A stretch of 64,000 nt of DNA from an uncultured Gammaproteobacteria bacterium (GTDB lineage Bacteria; Pseudomonadota; Gammaproteobacteria; Steroidobacterales; Rariloculaceae), in contig CAWEOP010000008.1 of NCBI GenBank assembly GCA_963810755.1, positions 484,003 to 548,002 on the forward strand, given 5' to 3'. The position numbers and the translations under genes are program-made. The notes beneath the pieces were generated by a model that saw only the letters and a program-made list of their open reading frames with translations, made no database searches and was not told the origin of the DNA. Position 1 is the first letter of the stretch; every line of letters begins with the position of its first letter. Below, piece after piece: positions 58,802-64,000 of this stretch.

Positions 58802-61378
58802 ATGAGAGGACTCGCGGTGCTACGTCGTACCACCGTCGGCGCCGCCGCAGCGGTCGGTTTGGGTGTCGCGGCGACGCTGCGGGCGCAGGCGCCGTCGGCG
58901 CCGCATTCGTTCCTCGAGAGCACTTGCTACAAGTGCCATAGCGAGGAGGCCGAGAGCGCGAGCGCGCTGTTTTCAGGTTTCTATCTCGACCGCCTCGACG
59001 TCGACGAGATCGCGGCCGCGCCCGAGCAGTGGGAGAAGGTGGTTCGCAAGCTGCGCACCGGCATGATGCCGCCGTCGAGCGAGCCGCGGCCGGATCACGC
59101 GAGAGAGCAGCAGTTCATCACGTATCTCGAGACCGAGCTCGACCGCGTCGCCGCGCACGCGCCGAATCCCGGCCGGCCGTCGCTACATAGGCTGAACCGC
59201 GCGGAATACGAGAACGCCGTCCACGATCTGCTCGCACTGGACATCGACGCCAAGGAGCTTTTACCCGGCGACGACGCGAGCTTCGGGTTCGACAACGTCG
59301 CCGGCTCGCTCGGAATCTCGCCCGTGCTGATCGAGCGCTACGCGAATGCGGCCGCGACGATCAGCCGTCTCGCGATCGGCGACACGCAAATGACGGCCGA
59401 GCAAAAGACTCACTACGTGCCGAACTTCCTGATGCAGGCCGAGCACATCGATGGCTTGCCGTACGGTACACGCGGTGGTCTTCGGGTCGAGCACTTCTTC
59501 CCCGTCGACGCGGAGTACGCGATCGCGATCGACCTCATGAGCGCGGTCAACGGCATTCATATCGGTAACGGTGTACCGAACGAGCAGCTCGAGCTGAGCC
59601 TCGACGGCAAGCGCATCGCGTTGTTCGATATCTCGAAGCCGATCAAGCCCCCGCCCGCGGCGGACGACGAGAAGAAGCCTGGCGAGGCGGGCGCCGCGGA
59701 GCCGCGGAGAACCCCGGCCGATGGCCGCGCCGCCGCGGCCGACGCTCACGAGTCTGCTGCGGCGGCGGCCGCGCCCAAGCCACCGCAAAACCCCGAGGAC
59801 CAGGAGAAGGAAGGCGAGAGGTGGGAAGCGCGGATTCCCGTCGCGGCTGGACCGCACGTCCTCATGGCCGCGTTCATCAAGAAGAACCATGCGCCGATCG
59901 AAGATATCGTGCAGCAGCCGAGTAATACGCTGCTCGATCCGCTGTTCAACGGCACGCCAGAGGTCACGCTGATCGCGCACGTCGGCAGCATTACGGTCGA
60001 CGGCCCCTACGCGACGACGGGCCGGGGCACGACGCCGAGCCGGCAAAAGATCTTCACGTGCAAGCCGACTAAGCCGAGTGAGGAAGCCGCGTGCGCGCGC
60101 GAGATTCTGTCGAGCCTCGCGCACCGCGCTTACCGGCAAGCGCCGACGACCGAGCACATGTCGATCCTCATGGACTTCTACGACCAGGGGCGCGCCAACG
60201 GCGGCGATTTCGACAAGGGTGTCGAGGTGGCGCTTCAGCGGATTCTCTCGAGCCCGCAATTCGTGTTCCGCTTCGAGCGCGATCCGGCCGGCGCGTCGCC
60301 GGAGAAACCGTACCGAATCAGCGATACGGAGCTCGCGTCGCGCCTCGCGTTTTTCCTCTGGAGCAGCATCCCCGACGACCAGCTGCTCGATCTAGCGAGC
60401 CGCAACCGGCTGAGCCGCCCCGCAGTGCTCGCGCAGCAGGTCCAGCGGATGCTCGCCGATCCGCGCGCCGCGGCGCTGACGAGGAACTTCGCGGGGCAAT
60501 GGCTGTATCTGCGCAACCTCGAGATCAAAGACGCATCGACTTACGAGTTTCCGGATTTCGACGACAACTTGCGCAACGCTTTCCGTACCGAAACGGAAAT
60601 GCTGTTCGACCATATCGTGCGTGAGGATCGCAGCGTGCTCGAGCTCCTGACGGCGGATTACACGTTCGTCGACGAGCGGCTCGCGAGGCACTACGGCATC
60701 GAGGGCGTCTATGGGAGCCAGTTCCGCAGGGTGCCGGTCACCGATCCTCGCCGCCAGGGGATCCTCGCCCATGGCAGCATCCTGCTCGTCACGTCGCAGC
60801 CGAACCGGACGTCGCCCGTGACGCGCGGCGTGTGGATCCTGGAGAACGTGCTCGGCGCGCACGTACCGGCTCCGCCACCGGTGAACATCCCCCCGCTCGA
60901 GCAAGCGGCCGGCGATGTCGACTTCGAGAGCCTGTCCGTCCGCCAGCTGATGGAGCTGCACCGCGGCAAGCCGTTCTGCGAGGGCTGCCACAAGATCATG
61001 GATCCCGTCGGCCTTGCGATGGAGAACTACGACGTGATCGGCCGGTGGCGCACCGAAGATCACGGCGCGCCGATCGATGCTTCGTCGAAGCTCGTCGATG
61101 GCACGCACGTCGACGGCCCGGTCGAGCTCAAGAACGCGCTGCTCAGGTACAAAGAGCAGATCGTTCGTAACGTCACCGAGAAGCTCATGACGTACGCACT
61201 CGGCCGCGGCACCGCGTACTACGATCAGCCGGTCATCCGCTCGATCGTGCGCGACGCGGCGGCCAATGACTACCGCTTTTCTTCTATCGTGATGGGAATA
61301 GTCGGCAGTGCATCGTTTCAGATGCGTGCGTCGGAGACCTTGGCCGACGGTCCGACGACCGCGGATCTGCACGAATAG
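58802..61378 (+). CDS. DUF1592/DUF1595/DUF1587/DUF1588/DUF1585 multidomain protein with two CxxCH motifs (intact paralog)
   Basis: 858 aa. CYKCH and CEGCH. Collinear with 25725..28173 except for a low-complexity insertion at about 59640..59830 (KPPPAADDEKKPGEAGAAEP...QNPEDQEKEGE). Confidence 0.8.
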   Translation: MRGLAVLRRTTVGAAAAVGLGVAATLRAQAPSAPHSFLESTCYKCHSEEAESASALFSGFYLDRLDVDEIAAAPEQWEKVVRKLRTGMMPPSSEPRPDHAREQQFITYLETELDRVAAHAPNPGRPSLHRLNRAEYENAVHDLLALDIDAKELLPGDDASFGFDNVAGSLGISPVLIERYANAAATISRLAIGDTQMTAEQKTHYVPNFLMQAEHIDGLPYGTRGGLRVEHFFPVDAEYAIAIDLMSAVNGIHIGNGVPNEQLELSLDGKRIALFDISKPIKPPPAADDEKKPGEAGAAEPRRTPADGRAAAADAHESAAAAAAPKPPQNPEDQEKEGERWEARIPVAAGPHVLMAAFIKKNHAPIEDIVQQPSNTLLDPLFNGTPEVTLIAHVGSITVDGPYATTGRGTTPSRQKIFTCKPTKPSEEAACAREILSSLAHRAYRQAPTTEHMSILMDFYDQGRANGGDFDKGVEVALQRILSSPQFVFRFERDPAGASPEKPYRISDTELASRLAFFLWSSIPDDQLLDLASRNRLSRPAVLAQQVQRMLADPRAAALTRNFAGQWLYLRNLEIKDASTYEFPDFDDNLRNAFRTETEMLFDHIVREDRSVLELLTADYTFVDERLARHYGIEGVYGSQFRRVPVTDPRRQGILAHGSILLVTSQPNRTSPVTRGVWILENVLGAHVPAPPPVNIPPLEQAAGDVDFESLSVRQLMELHRGKPFCEGCHKIMDPVGLAMENYDVIGRWRTEDHGAPIDASSKLVDGTHVDGPVELKNALLRYKEQIVRNVTEKLMTYALGRGTAYYDQPVIRSIVRDAAANDYRFSSIVMGIVGSASFQMRASETLADGPTTADLHE

Positions 61379-61401
61379 TCTTGAGGTCTGGAGGCTAGAG
61401 G

Positions 61402-62739
61402 ATGATGTTCATCAGCAAGAAGAGCGTGGCGCGACGCACTTTCCTGCGCGGCGCGGGAGCCGCGATCGCGCTGCCGCTGCTCGACGCCATGTTGCCCGCA
61501 GGCACCGCGCTGGCCGATTCCGCGGCGAAGCCTCAGACGCGCTACGCGTTCCTCCACCTACCGCACGGCGCGATCATGGGTCAGTTCACGCCGAAGGCCG
61601 TCGGCAAGAGCTTCGAGCTTTCGCCGATCCTGAAGCCGTTCGAGCCGTACAAGAGCTACATGACGGTGATCAGTAACCTCGATCACCCGATGGCTACCTC
61701 GCAGACGCCCGAGGAAGCCGCCGGCGATCACGACCGGACAGCCTCGGTGTTTCTGAGCGGCTCGCACATCAAGAAGACGATGGGCCAGGACATCTACGCC
61801 GGCGTCACGATCGACCAGTTGCTCGCGCAGCACATGGGGCAGGACACGCCGCTGCCGTCGCTCGAGATGTGCATCGAGGACGTCGGTGCCCTCGGCGTCT
61901 GCGGCGCGGGCTACAGCTGCTCGTACTCGAACACGATTTCGTGGTCGTCGCCGACTTCGCCGCTGCCGATGGAGCGCAACCCGCAAGTGATCTTCGAGCG
62001 TCTGTTCGGCACCGGCAGCACGCAAGAAGAGCGGCAACGACGCCGGTCTCTCCAGGCGAGCATCCTCGACTCCGTCGTCGCGGAAGTCTCGGCGCTCGAG
62101 CGCGGGCTCGGTGCGAGCGATCGAGCGCGCCTCGACGACTATCTTGCCGATATACGTGAGATCGAACGCCGCATCGCCCTCGCACAGGAGCGGGCCGGCG
62201 TCGCGACGGGGCAGCGGCCCGAGGTCGCCGAGCTGCCATTCGAGGAGCACGCGGACCTGATGTTCGACTTGCAGGTGATGGCGTTCAAGACGGACATCAC
62301 TCGCGTCTCGACCTTGATGTTGTCGCGAGATTTGAGCGGCGCCGTGTATCCCGCGAGCGGCGTGCCCGACGGCTATCATGCGATCTCGCACCACCAGGAC
62401 AACCCGACACGGATGGAGCGCTACGCGAAGCTCAACGCCTACCATATGGGAGTCGTGAGCAAGTTCGTCGCCAAGCTCGCGGCGACGGACGACGGTGATG
62501 GTAAGCTGCTCGACCACATGCTCATGTTGTACGGCAGCCCGATGGCCAACTCGAACGCGCACGATCACTATCCTCTTCCGGTCGTGGTTTTCGGCCATGG
62601 TGCGGGACGCTATCAAGGCAACATGCACGTCATGGCGAAGCCCCATACGCCGATGACCAACTTGTTCATGGCGATCGCCGCGAAGGAAGACATCGACGTC
62701 GACCGCTTCGGCGACAGCAACGGCGTGCTCGAGATCTAG
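61402..62739 (+). CDS. DUF1552-domain protein with twin-arginine signal (paralog)
   Basis: 445 aa. RRTFLRGAGA, HxxSHH motif (YHAISHH). Confidence 0.8.
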   Translation: MMFISKKSVARRTFLRGAGAAIALPLLDAMLPAGTALADSAAKPQTRYAFLHLPHGAIMGQFTPKAVGKSFELSPILKPFEPYKSYMTVISNLDHPMATSQTPEEAAGDHDRTASVFLSGSHIKKTMGQDIYAGVTIDQLLAQHMGQDTPLPSLEMCIEDVGALGVCGAGYSCSYSNTISWSSPTSPLPMERNPQVIFERLFGTGSTQEERQRRRSLQASILDSVVAEVSALERGLGASDRARLDDYLADIREIERRIALAQERAGVATGQRPEVAELPFEEHADLMFDLQVMAFKTDITRVSTLMLSRDLSGAVYPASGVPDGYHAISHHQDNPTRMERYAKLNAYHMGVVSKFVAKLAATDDGDGKLLDHMLMLYGSPMANSNAHDHYPLPVVVFGHGAGRYQGNMHVMAKPHTPMTNLFMAIAAKEDIDVDRFGDSNGVLEI

Positions 62740-62804
62740 TCTCGCCGACGGGTGCCGCGAGCAGCGCCGCCCGTACGGCCCATATCGCCGCGAACCGCCA
62801 ATCC

Positions 62805-63251
62805 ATGCCGTCATTTGCCTTGAGGATCTATCGCCTCGCCGGGACCGTCGCGCTGCTGGGTGCCTGCGCCTTCGGCGCGTGGACCGCGTTCGCCCAAGCA
62901 CCGGCTCCGCGTACCGTGCGCGACGGCGTGTTTTCAGCGGCGCAGGTCGAGAGGGGCAAGCACGAATTCAATGCGATCTGCATGAACTGCCATGAGATAG
63001 AGGAGTTCACGGGGCCGGGTGCGTACTTCGAAGAGGCGGATGGCAAGACGGTTTGGGAGCTGTTCGAGTACATCTGGGCCGAGATGCCCGAGGATGAGCC
63101 CGCGTCGCTCGATCCGAAGGACTATGCGGCGATTCTCGCGTACACGTTGAGCGCTTACGGCCTGCCGACGGGCGACAGCGATATGCCGATCGACCGGAAA
63201 TCGCTCGAGGCGATCAAGATCGCGCGCCCTGAGCTGCCGGCTAGCCGATGA
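62805..63251 (+). CDS. Small periplasmic c-type cytochrome (one CxxCH)
   Basis: 148 aa, signal peptide, CMNCH motif. Convergent with a PQQ dehydrogenase gene. Confidence 0.7.
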   Translation: MPSFALRIYRLAGTVALLGACAFGAWTAFAQAPAPRTVRDGVFSAAQVERGKHEFNAICMNCHEIEEFTGPGAYFEEADGKTVWELFEYIWAEMPEDEPASLDPKDYAAILAYTLSAYGLPTGDSDMPIDRKSLEAIKIARPELPASR

Positions 63252-63264
63252 GCTGACTCGCCGC

Positions 63265-64000
63265 TCAGTCGGGCAGCGCGAACACGAAAAGCTTGTTCGG
63301 GCTGTCGTCCGGAACGGCTTCTGGCGTGAGGCGCGCGAGCGAGCCGGTGAGATTGGACCGTCCCGTGCTCACCGCGACGTATTGCTTTCCCGCCGCGGCG
63401 AACGTGATCGGATGGCCCGTCACCTGCGCGCCGAGGTCGGTTTCCCAGAGGACCTTGCCCGTCGCGGCGTCGAACGCGCGGAACTTGCCGCCGACATCGC
63501 CGCCGAAAATCAAATCGCCGCCCGTGGCGACCAGCGCCGTGACGCCCGTGCGTTGATCGTATTTCCACTTCGTCTTGCCGGTCTCGACGTCGATGGCTTG
63601 GACCGTACCGACGTCGTTGCTACCCGGAGTGATCACGACTTGCGTATTCAGCGCGTAGATCAGCTCCGGCGTCGCGACGGCGGCCACCGATTTCGCGGTC
63701 ATGCAGGTGTTTTGCATCGGGAAGTACATCGTCTTCGTGCGGGGGCTATAAGCACCGGCGGGCCAGTTCTTCCCGCCGTGCGTCGTCGGGCACACGAAGC
63801 GTTCTTGGTCCGGGCCCGTGAACAACGTGTCCGGGTTGATCGTTACCTTGCCGTCTCCCGAAATGGAGCTGATCACGTTTTGCGTGATCGTGGGGCGAGC
63901 CCAGAGGAATTCCCCTGTCGCGCGGTCGAGCGTGTACACGAGCCCGGTCTTGCCCGGAATGCCGGTCATGACCTTGCGAACCTCGCCGTTGCGTAGACGC
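63265..64000 (-). CDS. PQQ-dependent dehydrogenase (alcohol-dehydrogenase-type propeller), C-terminal part; N-terminus lies beyond the window
   Basis: ORF open to the window end. Propeller blades with ..VQAIDVETGKTKWKY.., ..FRAFDAATGKVLWE.., and ..GKQYVAVSTG... ending FVFALPD. Confidence 0.8.
   Translation of the reverse strand, partial: RLRNGEVRKVMTGIPGKTGLVYTLDRATGEFLWARPTITQNVISSISGDGKVTINPDTLFTGPDQERFVCPTTHGGKNWPAGAYSPRTKTMYFPMQNTCMTAKSVAAVATPELIYALNTQVVITPGSNDVGTVQAIDVETGKTKWKYDQRTGVTALVATGGDLIFGGDVGGKFRAFDAATGKVLWETDLGAQVTGHPITFAAAGKQYVAVSTGRSNLTGSLARLTPEAVPDDSPNKLFVFALPD

Overview
GC-rich (about two-thirds G+C by eye), densely coding chromosomal window from an unidentified Gram-negative bacterium. 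I found about 60 protein genes. I recognised no rRNA, tRNA, CRISPR array, transposase, integrase or phage genes. All family names come from reading the translations and recalling motifs; no database search was run.

Recognisable content:
- Transport and repair at the 5' end: corA (partial), a BASS-like transporter, an alginate-export-type porin and recQ.
- An expanded family of secreted proteins (8 paralogs). It combines a DUF6152-like module, whose predicted mature N-terminus is His-His, with a second conserved domain. The two domains occur fused, alone, and as adjacent split genes.
- Two PQQ-dependent dehydrogenases and three c-type cytochrome genes.
- A metal-uptake locus: small secreted protein, DUF4198, membrane protein, ZnuA/ZnuC/ZnuB-like transporter, and a degenerate second binding protein. 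A cluster of AACG..CGTT palindromes lies upstream.
- Two copies of a DUF1592 (two CxxCH motifs) plus DUF1552 (Tat signal, HxxSHH) gene pair.
- A hipBA toxin-antitoxin module next to an AT-rich operator-like region.
- A minus-strand PHA-like cluster: XRE regulator, phasin-like, acyl-CoA synthetase fused to two FCD domains, phasin-like, small PhaE-like, class III PhaC, alpha/beta hydrolase.
- Amidohydrolase, serine hydrolase and rlmJ.
- A methylcitrate operon (prpD-prpB-prpC-prpE).
- An ExeA-like ATPase with a long Pro/Ala-rich tail, a FAD monooxygenase and def.

The most striking technical signal is at least 17 single-base frameshifts in 11 otherwise well-conserved genes. Four fall in the first PQQ dehydrogenase and four in prpC, while long stretches have none. 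These are probably indel errors or very recent pseudogenisation.

The most interesting biology is the His-His/NPH secreted family (possible metal site), the FadD-2xFCD fusion bracketed by phasin-like paralogs, and the duplicated DUF1592/DUF1552 pairs.
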